Source: a virus
Lineage: Duplodnaviria; Caudoviricetes
IMG/VR virus record: IMGVR_UViG_3300044477_000180
Span: 1-37,077 of that record
Length of the DNA stretch: 37,077 bases
Reading direction: 5' to 3' (one strand)
Every line of letters starts with the position of its first letter. Positions within the stretch are counted from its first letter, which is position 1. The notes beneath the pieces were generated by a model. That model was not told the DNA's origin. It did not search any database and saw only the letters and a program-made list of their open reading frames with translations. A program made the position numbers and the translations under genes. This document shows positions 25,883-35,246 of the stretch, piece by piece.

Positions 25883-27335
25883 AATTATTGGAATGATGTT
25901 AGTTAAAAATGAAAGTCATAGATATTTAGAACAATCACTAGAACAGATGAAGAAAATTTGTTCTAAAATTATAATTCTGGATGATAACAGTGTGGATAAC
26001 ACTGTGGATATTTGTTCTAGGTATACGGAATTGATTTATCTAGAAAAAGAATTGTCTTTTTCAAAAAATGAATCTAGTATTAGAAACAAGCTGTTAAGGT
26101 TAACATTACAAGAATGTGACAATAACGATTGGATTATGTGTCTTGATGCAGACGAAATAATTGACGAAAAAACTATACCTAACTTATATTCGAATATAAA
26201 TGTCGCTAATACAAACAATATAAATGCTATTGCTTTCCAACTTTTTGATATTTGGACAAGTGGAGAAGATCTAAAATATCGAGAAGATAATTTGTGGAAT
26301 GCACATAAGAGACCTTGGATTATTTGCTGTAGAGTAACTGAGTTGCTTAGGTCTACTTGTATAAATGATAGTAAGCTACACTGTGGAAGGTTTCCCAACG
26401 TTGCGACTGCAATATGGGATGTTGAGTGTTGTGTTAAAGTAAAACACATGGGATGGGCAAAAAAAAGTGATAGGTGGGAAAAATATTCTAGATACATGAA
26501 ACTTGATAAAGACGGTAAAATGGGTAACCTTAATCAGTATAGAAGTATCTTGGACGAGGATCCTGCTTTATATTCTTACAACAATCCAATTAAAAAAGTT
26601 TTAATATGTGCACCAGTAAGAGAAGACAATGACATTTTTGAACTTTACTTAAATGCTCTAGACAATTTAATCATTCCTGAAAATGTTATAGTAGAAAAGC
26701 ACTTTATATTACATAATTCGCCTAATCTAATAGAAATGTGTAATAGTAGAAAAATAAATTATACTATATTTAATTCAGAAAATAATTTTGTGAAGAGTGA
26801 AGATCGTCATAATTGGGACAGAAAGAATGTAGATGATGTAATAGCAATGAAAAATGGACTTGCTGATTTTGCCCTTAGGAATAATTTTGATTATGTTTTT
26901 ATGGTGGATAGTGATGTAATTGTACAGACAAAAACTTTGCTATCTTTGATCAAGGAAGAAAAACAAATTATTTCTGAAATTTTTTGGACTGACTGGGAGA
27001 ACAATGGACTTGATTTACCTAATTGCTGGTACTGGGATTCTTACGGATTTACTATAGCAGCAATGGAGCAATGGAAAGAAAAAGGAGTTTATCTAGTTGG
27101 CATGACAGGAGCATGTATTTTAATAAAAACTGATGTTTACAAAAATTGCAATTATGATAGAATATATAATATAAGCTTTGATGGCGAGGATAGGTTTTTT
27201 TGCATAAGAGCTGCATGTAATAATATAGAAATATATGTAGATACAAAATATCCTGCTACTCACTTATATAGGCAGTCAGACAAGGAAAAATATATAAAAT
27301 CTCTAACCATGAGAGGAGAACAAGTTAATGGCTGA
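25875..27335 (+). CDS. Tandem double-domain GT2-like glycosyltransferase
   Basis: Domain 1: VKNE, LDDNSVD, CLDADE, HCGRFP. Domain 2: FMVDSD, GACILI, GEDRFFC. Confidence 0.9.
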   Translation: MNEIIGMMLVKNESHRYLEQSLEQMKKICSKIIILDDNSVDNTVDICSRYTELIYLEKELSFSKNESSIRNKLLRLTLQECDNNDWIMCLDADEIIDEKTIPNLYSNINVANTNNINAIAFQLFDIWTSGEDLKYREDNLWNAHKRPWIICCRVTELLRSTCINDSKLHCGRFPNVATAIWDVECCVKVKHMGWAKKSDRWEKYSRYMKLDKDGKMGNLNQYRSILDEDPALYSYNNPIKKVLICAPVREDNDIFELYLNALDNLIIPENVIVEKHFILHNSPNLIEMCNSRKINYTIFNSENNFVKSEDRHNWDRKNVDDVIAMKNGLADFALRNNFDYVFMVDSDVIVQTKTLLSLIKEEKQIISEIFWTDWENNGLDLPNCWYWDSYGFTIAAMEQWKEKGVYLVGMTGACILIKTDVYKNCNYDRIYNISFDGEDRFFCIRAACNNIEIYVDTKYPATHLYRQSDKEKYIKSLTMRGEQVNG

Positions 27336-28155
27336 TGAAATTATGGGTAATGTAGAAAATACACAAATAAATGACTCCGTATCACCAAATACGGATAATA
27401 TAGATACAGATAATAGTGTTGATAGTACACAGAATACCAGTGTGGAAAATCAAACTACAGAACAAAAAGAAGAAAACGCAAAGCAGGAAGCTATAAAGGC
27501 TATAAGGGTGAGATACCAACACCAAGATATGGAAATACCTTTAGATCAAGCTCCTACTTATATTCAAAAGGGCTTAAACTATGATAGGGTTTTTGAGTCA
27601 TATCAAACTTTGCAAAATGATCCTAGACTATCATTCGTGGAGAATCTTGCTAAAAGTTATAATATGACGCCTGATGAATATATACAAGCAGTACAAGCAC
27701 AACAAGAACAAGCTAAATTAGATGAGTTGATACAGCAAAATATTCCTGAGCAATATGCTAAGGAAATACTTGAAAATAAAAGGTTTAGAGAAACTTATGA
27801 AAATCAACTCAAAGAAAATGAGTCTAAACAAAAACAAAATCAACAATACAACGAATTTCTAACAGAATATCCAGATATAGACCCACAGTCAATTCCTATC
27901 GAGGTTTGGCAAGAAGTTAACCAGGGCAAACACATTTTAGACGCTTATGCTAAACACGAAAATAAAATGCTAAAACAAGAATTAGCAGCACTAAAAGGAA
28001 ATCAGAAAAATGCTGCTAATAGTCCAAGTAGTTTGACTAGAAATGGTCAATCTAATAGTGCATATTTCACGAAAGCACAAGTAGAAGCAATGTCTCAAAA
28101 GGAAGTGGAATCTAAACTAGATATTATATTACAATCTCAAAAGACATGGAAATAA
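27328..28155 (+). CDS. Capsid scaffolding protein
   Basis: Acidic disordered N-terminus, QKGLNYD, helical; immediately before the capsid gene. Confidence 0.8.
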   Translation: MADEIMGNVENTQINDSVSPNTDNIDTDNSVDSTQNTSVENQTTEQKEENAKQEAIKAIRVRYQHQDMEIPLDQAPTYIQKGLNYDRVFESYQTLQNDPRLSFVENLAKSYNMTPDEYIQAVQAQQEQAKLDELIQQNIPEQYAKEILENKRFRETYENQLKENESKQKQNQQYNEFLTEYPDIDPQSIPIEVWQEVNQGKHILDAYAKHENKMLKQELAALKGNQKNAANSPSSLTRNGQSNSAYFTKAQVEAMSQKEVESKLDIILQSQKTWK

Positions 28156-28185
28156 GAAAAACAAATATGAGGGGAATGATAATAT

Positions 28186-29019
28186 ATGTCATTTAACAAT
28201 TTTATACCTACCGTCTGGAGCGCTCAAATTGCTAGAGATAGGGCAAGAGAAAGCGTTGCTATAAAGAATTGTAACACTGATTATGAAGGTGAAATTGCGG
28301 ACTCTGGTGATAGGGTAGAAATTAATACTGTACCAAGACCAACGATTTCGAATTATGTTAAAGATATTACAGTAATTACACCTGAAAATTTGCAAGGTGC
28401 AAGCACAGAACTTATAATAGATCAATCTAAGTATTTTTGTTTCGAAGTTGATGATATTGATAAGAGGCAGGCAAAAGGTAACTTGATGGACTCAATCAAA
28501 CAGGAAGCAGCAGCAGGCTTGTCTGATGTTGTCGATAGTTATATTTTTGGAAAATATGCCGAAGCTGGTAAAACTATTACAGCGACTTCTTTAACTAGCG
28601 TTCTCTGCATTTCTACAATTATGAGTGCATTAGAACAGTTGTGGAAGAATAATGTTCCCAAAAATGAGATGATAGTTTTAGAAGTTTCTCCAAGTTTCTA
28701 TACTAAAATGGTACTTGCAAAAATTATAAATGTGGAAAAAAACGATGCAACGCTGACTAGTGGTTATGTTGGAAAGTTTCTTAACTTTGAAGTATTTATG
28801 AGTAATAATATTTATAGCTCTGGTGGGTATGACTATTGTTTTGCTAGAACAAAAAAGGCTATAAGTTTTGCAGGAAATATTACAAAAACAGAAGCTTTTA
28901 GGCCTCAATCTAGCTTCAGTGATGCAATAAAAGGTCTAGACGTTTTTGGAGCAAAAGTTATAAGACCAAAAGAGCTTGTTGTTATAAAGGCTAGTTTTGC
29001 AGCAGAAACAACAATCTAA
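28186..29019 (+). CDS. Major capsid protein (P22 coat-like, HK97 fold)
   Basis: FIPTVWSA, DYEGEI..GD.V.I, IDQSKYF and FGAKVIRP motifs. Confidence 0.92.
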   Translation: MSFNNFIPTVWSAQIARDRARESVAIKNCNTDYEGEIADSGDRVEINTVPRPTISNYVKDITVITPENLQGASTELIIDQSKYFCFEVDDIDKRQAKGNLMDSIKQEAAAGLSDVVDSYIFGKYAEAGKTITATSLTSVLCISTIMSALEQLWKNNVPKNEMIVLEVSPSFYTKMVLAKIINVEKNDATLTSGYVGKFLNFEVFMSNNIYSSGGYDYCFARTKKAISFAGNITKTEAFRPQSSFSDAIKGLDVFGAKVIRPKELVVIKASFAAETTI

Positions 29020-29056
29020 GAATTCGATATAATAGGTTTATTTTGATATAGGAAGG

Positions 29057-29422
29057 GTGAAGATTATGGCTTTTACAGCGTCTACGGCAGTAAGAAATAG
29101 TTATGCAACAGTAACAGAATATGCTGCAAATGCATCCGTCGCAATTGACTTTAATCGCATGGATAATAAAGTTATTATAAAAATAAGAAACACAAACGAT
29201 ACCGCTGGAATGACTCTTACAACAGTTGTTGCAGCAGGAGACTTTATGCAAAATACTTTAGGTGTATTGACTTGTACCGCTGCATATAATACAAATATGG
29301 TCATAGGTCCTTTGGATTCTATGAGATTCAAGGACAGTGCAGGAAATGTTAATATTACAAATAGTATTGCAGGTTCAGGAACATTAAGTAATGTTAAGAT
29401 AGCAATTATTAATTTACCTTAA
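29057..29422 (+). CDS. Putative capsid decoration/cement protein (start may be ATG 29066)
   Basis: Small T/A/N-rich beta protein between the capsid gene and a terminator; IGPLDSMRF. Confidence 0.6.
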   Translation: MKIMAFTASTAVRNSYATVTEYAANASVAIDFNRMDNKVIIKIRNTNDTAGMTLTTVVAAGDFMQNTLGVLTCTAAYNTNMVIGPLDSMRFKDSAGNVNITNSIAGSGTLSNVKIAIINLP

Positions 29423-29462
29423 TCAAAAAAAGAAATAAAAATTAAATATATATAGTCCTTAC

Positions 29463-29506
29463 CATGGACAAATCTAGATATTATAGGTTTGTCCATGAGT
29501 TTTTTT
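29463..29506 (+). terminator. Intrinsic terminator after the capsid genes
   Basis: CATGGACAAATCTA/TAGGTTTGTCCATG followed by a T tract. Confidence 0.8.
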
Positions 29507-29520
29507 AGGAGGCAAAACTT

Positions 29521-29991
29521 ATGGCAGATGTTAATTTAAGAGGATCAACAACAATGACTAGAGCAACAAATACCACAGCTTATGCGATTGGTGATGTTGT
29601 AAATAGTGAAGTTGCTAGCACAATACAAGTAGAATTTGGAACAGAAGGACAACGATTTATTATATTAAGAGCAATGTTAATGATTTATTTAAATGCTGTA
29701 CCAACTGGAATGAGTGGCTTTGTTTTGCATATATTTAGCCAACAGCCTACTATAATTGCAGATAATTCAGCATTTAATATAATTGCGGCTGATAGATCAA
29801 AATATTTAGGTAGTATATCTTTTGGAACTCCCGAAGATAAGGGCGATACTCTTGTAAGTCAAATTGAAAATTTAACATTTTCAGAAAATTTAGTTGAATC
29901 AAAATTGTATTGTGTATTAGAGACATTAGGAGCATATACGCCAGCAGATTCAACTGTTTTTGATATTAGATTGTTAGGTGTAAAGGCTTAG
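29521..29991 (+). CDS. Virion structural protein (beta-rich)
   Basis: TRATNTTAYAIGDVV N-terminus; position in the structural module. Confidence 0.6.
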   Translation: MADVNLRGSTTMTRATNTTAYAIGDVVNSEVASTIQVEFGTEGQRFIILRAMLMIYLNAVPTGMSGFVLHIFSQQPTIIADNSAFNIIAADRSKYLGSISFGTPEDKGDTLVSQIENLTFSENLVESKLYCVLETLGAYTPADSTVFDIRLLGVKA

Positions 29992-29999
29992 GTGTTATT

Positions 30000-30884
30000 A
30001 TGAAAAAAAATAATAAAACATTATATAGGCCTGAGTTATTTAGTTCAAAAAAACAGTATCCATTATCTGGGTTAGAAAGTTATTTAGGCGAGGCTTGTAG
30101 TGTTGCTAGGCAATTGACGAAAAAACATACTAAAGCTTTTAGAGTTAGGCGTAGCAATGATAATGCAGTTATGGATATTGGATTTATGAATAATGGTGAG
30201 TTAGATGTAGCTACATTAATGAACTTTGTTGGTGTTAACTCTGGTTATATTCAGTTGCTGTATGGATGCAATGGAGATATACTATCTAATAATAATACAG
30301 CTAAAGAACCAAGGATAGTAAACGCTGGGCTATTAGATACTATTAATTCCAGTGCTACTATGGTGTTTGACGGACTAAATGATGCGTTATGGTGTTCTTC
30401 TACAAACAACAACGATATAAAAAATCAACCACTATATGCATCTATTGTTTCGCTTATAGACGAAACATATTCTAGCGATGGATGGTTAGTTGTAAAAAAT
30501 TTAGATTCTTTAGCAAATATGCAATATTCTGTACAAATAAAAAACGTAAACAAGCAAGCATCTTTTTTTATAGAGGGTGTATCTAATAATATAGCATCAA
30601 GCGATATTAATAGTATTGTTGTTAATATCGCAAATTTATTAAGCTTTCAGTGGGAAAACACCCAAATGAGAATAAACAAAAATGGAACACAAAATGGTGT
30701 AACCGATATATTTAGCGGGACATTAACATCAAGAGAATTTTTTACAATTGGGGCTAGACAAACCACAAGTAGTTTACAATCAGCTTTCTTTAAAGGTAAA
30801 ATCAGCGAAATAATACTTTTAAATGGAAATAAAATTCAAAATATATTTGATAAAAATACAATGAAATATTATCGTATAATATAG
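30000..30884 (+). CDS. ConA/LamG-like lectin-fold virion protein
   Basis: AFRVRRSNDN..DIGF...GELD, FDGLND.L and FTIGAR...FKGKISEII motifs. Confidence 0.7.
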   Translation: MKKNNKTLYRPELFSSKKQYPLSGLESYLGEACSVARQLTKKHTKAFRVRRSNDNAVMDIGFMNNGELDVATLMNFVGVNSGYIQLLYGCNGDILSNNNTAKEPRIVNAGLLDTINSSATMVFDGLNDALWCSSTNNNDIKNQPLYASIVSLIDETYSSDGWLVVKNLDSLANMQYSVQIKNVNKQASFFIEGVSNNIASSDINSIVVNIANLLSFQWENTQMRINKNGTQNGVTDIFSGTLTSREFFTIGARQTTSSLQSAFFKGKISEIILLNGNKIQNIFDKNTMKYYRII

Positions 30885-30892
30885 GAGGTTTT

Positions 30893-31150
30893 ATGGAAAG
30901 TTTAAATTACCCATTAGTATTAGTTTTCACAACTCTAGAACAAGCAGAAATAGCGTTGACACAATATGAATCAAACATGGCAAACGAATATAACCCTAAC
31001 CCAAGTTGGGATACCATTAGACAAAGAATAGAAACAGACAATAAGTATTTTTTCCAGATGGATATGGATAATCTTAGATATTTAAAAGATATGCAGAATA
31101 TATTTAGTATCGAGGAATATAGTCCAACTTGGTTACCACAAGAGTCTTAA
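30893..31150 (+). CDS. Hypothetical acidic protein
   Basis: RBS GGAGG. Confidence 0.7.
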   Translation: MESLNYPLVLVFTTLEQAEIALTQYESNMANEYNPNPSWDTIRQRIETDNKYFFQMDMDNLRYLKDMQNIFSIEEYSPTWLPQES

Positions 31151-31194
31151 GTTAAATAAAATGATGTTTTTATGTAATAAAAGAAGGTGATAGA

Positions 31195-31713
31195 TTGAGA
31201 AGGTGTAACTATTGTCTTTTAGCAATACAAAATTTAGGCAATGAAGATATTATTGATCAGATACAATTAGACAGTTTACAAGCTCAAATAGTTGCTATTC
31301 AAGCTATAATAAGCGATATACAAAATGTTAAAACAACTATTGGCTTAATAAATAAGACTGGAAGTCCATCTATAAAAGGTATGGTTATTTCTGCATCTAG
31401 TTCATATGATTTAAGTTTTTCGGCTCAAACGAATGAATATGATGCTATTGGAGTAGTTCTGGAAGATGGAATTGCTGATGGATCTAGTTGTAAAATTGTT
31501 GTTGCTGGAAAAGTTCAAGTATTATTAAAAGATACTACTGCAAGCACTAGAGGACATGTTGTATTTTGTGCGGATACAGATGGTAGAGCAATTACAGGAA
31601 CAATTCCATCACCACCAAATGCAGATGCGCATTTTAAAGAAATTGGGCATTGTTTAGAATCCAAAGATAGTGGAACTAATGTATTGGCATGGTGTAATGT
31701 CCATTTCAATTGA
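31195..31713 (+). CDS. Head fibre/cement-like protein (start uncertain)
   Basis: Short coiled coil, then AIGVV...IVVAGKVQV...IGH beta domain. Confidence 0.55.
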   Translation: MRRCNYCLLAIQNLGNEDIIDQIQLDSLQAQIVAIQAIISDIQNVKTTIGLINKTGSPSIKGMVISASSSYDLSFSAQTNEYDAIGVVLEDGIADGSSCKIVVAGKVQVLLKDTTASTRGHVVFCADTDGRAITGTIPSPPNADAHFKEIGHCLESKDSGTNVLAWCNVHFN

Positions 31714-32312
31714 TAAAGGAGGGTATTATGACAGCCCAAGAAATATTTGATTTGACTATGTGTTTGATCGATGAGTTAAAGAACGATGGAACCGTAAACG
31801 CTAGTACTACACTAATGTATAGTATAAAGGCTCCAATTTTCTTAAACATTGGACAAATGGAAATAATAAAAGATACAGAGATTACAAAAACATTTGATAC
31901 AGCATTTGCTAATGTTTCAGATGACTGGACATTAATATCTATGCCCTCAGATTTCAAGAACCTTGATCAAATAATCAGTATTGAAAACGACATAGATATT
32001 AGTATAATTGGATCATATCGATGGGAAAAACCAAATTTACTATACATTCACCCAGACTTTGTTGGTACTGTTAGAGTTATTTACAAGCCTATTCCTACTC
32101 AAATTACTAGCCTAACTGATGATATAACCCTAGATAACATGGATAGTGTAACAATGCTAACGCATTATTTAGCTGCATATTTAATTTTAGAGGAAAATCC
32201 AACATTGTCTAATTTTTTCTTGCAAAGATATCAGGAAATGAAAGGCGGAATAAAGCTTAATAGTAAGGCTTTTCAACCGATACATGACCTGTATGGGTAT
32301 TGTGATGGCTGA
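31710..32312 (+). CDS. Head-tail adaptor (T7 gp11/P22 gp4-like); start likely ATG 31728
   Basis: MTAQEI start, MPSDF, and helical LTHYLAAYL; position upstream of the nozzle gene. Confidence 0.7.
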   Translation: MIKEGIMTAQEIFDLTMCLIDELKNDGTVNASTTLMYSIKAPIFLNIGQMEIIKDTEITKTFDTAFANVSDDWTLISMPSDFKNLDQIISIENDIDISIIGSYRWEKPNLLYIHPDFVGTVRVIYKPIPTQITSLTDDITLDNMDSVTMLTHYLAAYLILEENPTLSNFFLQRYQEMKGGIKLNSKAFQPIHDLYGYCDG

Positions 32313-34059
32313 AGTATTATTGAAAAATGATCAACTAACAAAGATTGATAAATTTTTAGGTATTAATGAAGATGAAGCAGGACAAACACAGCTACAAATG
32401 GGTGAGAGCCCTGATATGATGAATTTTAGAATAACTGATAATTTGAAATTATCTAAAAGAAATGGTTATGTTCAAATGTTTGCTTCTATTGCTACTAAAA
32501 GTGTTAGATGCATGATATATACTAAACTTAGTGGAACTAATTATTTTGTTTTTGCGTGCAATGGAAATGTATATAGCATGAATACTGGAACAGGTGTTGT
32601 TAGTGCTAGTATTGGAACTTTGACAGATGGAATAACTAGAATGTTTAATTTTGAAGGAAAATTATATATCCTAAATGGAGTTAAATATTATAGTTGGGAT
32701 GGTACTACTTATCAGGAAGTAGTGGGATATATTCCGTTAGTTAGAATTGCCACACCTCCAGCTGGTGGCGGAACAGCAAACGAACCATTTAACATAATTT
32801 CGAATGGAAAACGTCAGCAATTTTCAGGAAATGGGTCATCAACTGATTATTTCCTAATTGAAACGTCTATAATTGGAGTAGATTGGGTGAAAATAAATGG
32901 ATCTACTGTTAGTACTTCAACTTATACGGTAACGAATTCTACTGGTAAAGTTGCTTTTAATTCAGCTCCAGCGTCGGGCACTAATAATGTAGAAATACAG
33001 TGGACTAAAGACAATGGAAATAGAGTAGAGATAGAAAATTGTCATTACTGGGCGTTCTTTGGGGGAAGTAATGATACTAGAGTTTTTTTATGGGGGAATG
33101 CTAATTTTAAAAATAGAAGGTATTATAGTTATCTGTATGATCCAACTTATTTCAGGGAAAACGACTATGACGAAATAGGATCGGATGAATTTGCGATAAC
33201 AGACATAGCTAGACAGTATGACAGACAACTAATTTTCAAGGAAAATGAAACATATTACAGTTATTTCGATGAAGCAAATAATATATATCCTATTTATAAT
33301 TTAAACTCTGAGAAAGGGAATATTGCTCCAGGTCAAGCACGAACCTTAAGTAATAATCCAGTCACAATATGCGAAGGAATATACGAATGGGTCCAATCTA
33401 ATGTTAGGGATGAAAAAAATGCAAAGTATATATCTAAAAATGTGCAAACATCTCTTAACACTATAGATTTAACACAAGCAATTACATGGGATTTTGCTTG
33501 TAATGCAGAGTATATAATTTGTGTGGGGAAAGTATGTTGGATCTATAATTATAGAATAGGAATGTGGTATAAATACACATTGCAACATACTCCTACCTAT
33601 TTTCTTGATATAGAGGATAATCTATATTTTGGCACTAACAATGGTCAAATAATGCTTTTCAATGGGGCATATACCGATAATGGTACGAAAATAACTGCAT
33701 ATTGGCAAAGTGACTTTATGGATTTTGGAGTAAGTCATTTAAAAAAGTTTATCTCCAGGGCTTGGTTAGCCATAAAAGCAGATAAACAAGCCTATTGCGA
33801 GTTATCTTATCAAACAAATAATGACCAAACAGCAACAAGCGAAGAATTTACAGCATTTTATAGCATGCTAGATTTTTCGAACATGGATTTTAGTTTATTC
33901 AGCTTTACATCAAACAATAACCCTCAACCTTTTTCATTTAAGATAAATGCTAAAAAATTTGCATTTATAAAGTTTATAATAACCTCAGATGATGATGATA
34001 AGACGCTTACAGTATTGTCATTAAGTCTAAATACTGCAATAGGTGGTGAAATAAGATGA
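32284..34059 (+). CDS. Tail nozzle/tubular protein B (T7 gp12/P22 gp10-like)
   Basis: FLGIN...N.RI...LSKRNG start; aromatic beta-rich repeats; YTDNG..I.AYW.S. Confidence 0.75.
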   Translation: MTCMGIVMAEVLLKNDQLTKIDKFLGINEDEAGQTQLQMGESPDMMNFRITDNLKLSKRNGYVQMFASIATKSVRCMIYTKLSGTNYFVFACNGNVYSMNTGTGVVSASIGTLTDGITRMFNFEGKLYILNGVKYYSWDGTTYQEVVGYIPLVRIATPPAGGGTANEPFNIISNGKRQQFSGNGSSTDYFLIETSIIGVDWVKINGSTVSTSTYTVTNSTGKVAFNSAPASGTNNVEIQWTKDNGNRVEIENCHYWAFFGGSNDTRVFLWGNANFKNRRYYSYLYDPTYFRENDYDEIGSDEFAITDIARQYDRQLIFKENETYYSYFDEANNIYPIYNLNSEKGNIAPGQARTLSNNPVTICEGIYEWVQSNVRDEKNAKYISKNVQTSLNTIDLTQAITWDFACNAEYIICVGKVCWIYNYRIGMWYKYTLQHTPTYFLDIEDNLYFGTNNGQIMLFNGAYTDNGTKITAYWQSDFMDFGVSHLKKFISRAWLAIKADKQAYCELSYQTNNDQTATSEEFTAFYSMLDFSNMDFSLFSFTSNNNPQPFSFKINAKKFAFIKFIITSDDDDKTLTVLSLSLNTAIGGEIR

Positions 34060-35228
34060 GTACATTTACGGCATGTGCAATAACAGTTAATACAATACAA
34101 GCTTTAAGTGATAACCCAAACACAGATGATGGGCTAAGTTCAGCACAATTGAAGGCTAAATTTGATCAAGTTGCTGTCGATATTAAAGCCTATATCAATA
34201 ATAGCTTCATTCCCGACTTTGTGAGTGTGGCGCAAACTATGTCAGGTGCAAAGAAAATTGGACTATACACGGTCAGTGGATTATCGGCTGCTAATGTTCA
34301 AGATGCAATTCAAGAAATAGTTACAGCTGGTTTAGGTGGACTTCCCGCCGATGGATCCATTACAGATGCAAAGCTGGGAAGCGATGTAAAAGTAGGATCA
34401 TTACTAAGTTTGAATACTTCTAACAAAGTAAATATAGTTGGAAGTATTAACGAAGTAGTTGCGAAAGAAGCAAGTGATATTATTGATCTAGGTGGAACGG
34501 GAAGGACTACTGAAACTATAAAAAATGCATATGATCTTGCTAATAGTGCAAGTGGCAACTTAACAACTCATATTGCTGATACTGCAAAGCATATCAATAT
34601 ATTAACTACTCGTGGAGACATATTGAGACGTGGACTTTTAGGTGTTGAAAGATATGCTATAGGAAGCAGTGATAAAGTGCTTACATCTGATGGCGTAGAT
34701 GCAAAATGGGATTGGCCTACATATCACGTTTTGGGAACAGCACTAGGAAATGGAACAACAAAAAGCTTATCTATAACAGGGCTCGGAACAGTTTTTAAAA
34801 ACATTAGAATTATAGCAAAAATAAGAACAGATTACTCAACAGATCCTTACGATACTTTGTTTTGTCGCATAAATGGAGATACAACAACAAATTATATAAC
34901 ACAACTTATAACTTATGCTGGAAGTAGTGTTGGCGGCTATAAAGGCACTAATAATGGTTTTTTGTTGGGAAATATAAATTGTGGTCATGCAAGTTCTTTA
35001 TCAGACGCATTTGCTGATTTTGATATTAATTTTAATGTTTCGAATGATACAGATAATCTTAAAACTACACTGTTTAAAGGTCAGTCAGCATACAGTGATG
35101 GTAATTTGTATAGTTGGAATGGATATGGATATCACAAAGTTATTAAGGATTATATTACATCAATATCATTAAGCACTGTAGGAAATATTATATCAGGTAG
35201 CAAAATGATAGTTTATGGAATAAAATAG
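34056..35228 (+). CDS. Tail fibre/receptor-binding protein
   Basis: LKAKFD N-terminal anchor, DGSITDAKL, LTTRGD.L, and C-terminal beta domain. Confidence 0.8.
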   Translation: MSTFTACAITVNTIQALSDNPNTDDGLSSAQLKAKFDQVAVDIKAYINNSFIPDFVSVAQTMSGAKKIGLYTVSGLSAANVQDAIQEIVTAGLGGLPADGSITDAKLGSDVKVGSLLSLNTSNKVNIVGSINEVVAKEASDIIDLGGTGRTTETIKNAYDLANSASGNLTTHIADTAKHINILTTRGDILRRGLLGVERYAIGSSDKVLTSDGVDAKWDWPTYHVLGTALGNGTTKSLSITGLGTVFKNIRIIAKIRTDYSTDPYDTLFCRINGDTTTNYITQLITYAGSSVGGYKGTNNGFLLGNINCGHASSLSDAFADFDINFNVSNDTDNLKTTLFKGQSAYSDGNLYSWNGYGYHKVIKDYITSISLSTVGNIISGSKMIVYGIK

Positions 35229-35246
35229 AAAGGAAGTAGATAGAAA

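Noticed and set aside
28990-29066. Programmed frameshift fusing capsid to the downstream protein
   Set aside because: No convincing slippery heptamer; the downstream gene has its own RBS.
378-34558. Most minus-strand and nested ORFs in the track (e.g. 378-806, 2679-3116, 12194-12376, 19932-20117, 26036-26497)
   Set aside because: They are antisense or alternate-frame shadows of well-supported genes, with no recognisable motifs.
34056-35228. Diversity-generating retroelement target in the tail fibre
   Set aside because: No reverse transcriptase and no template/variable repeat pair seen.
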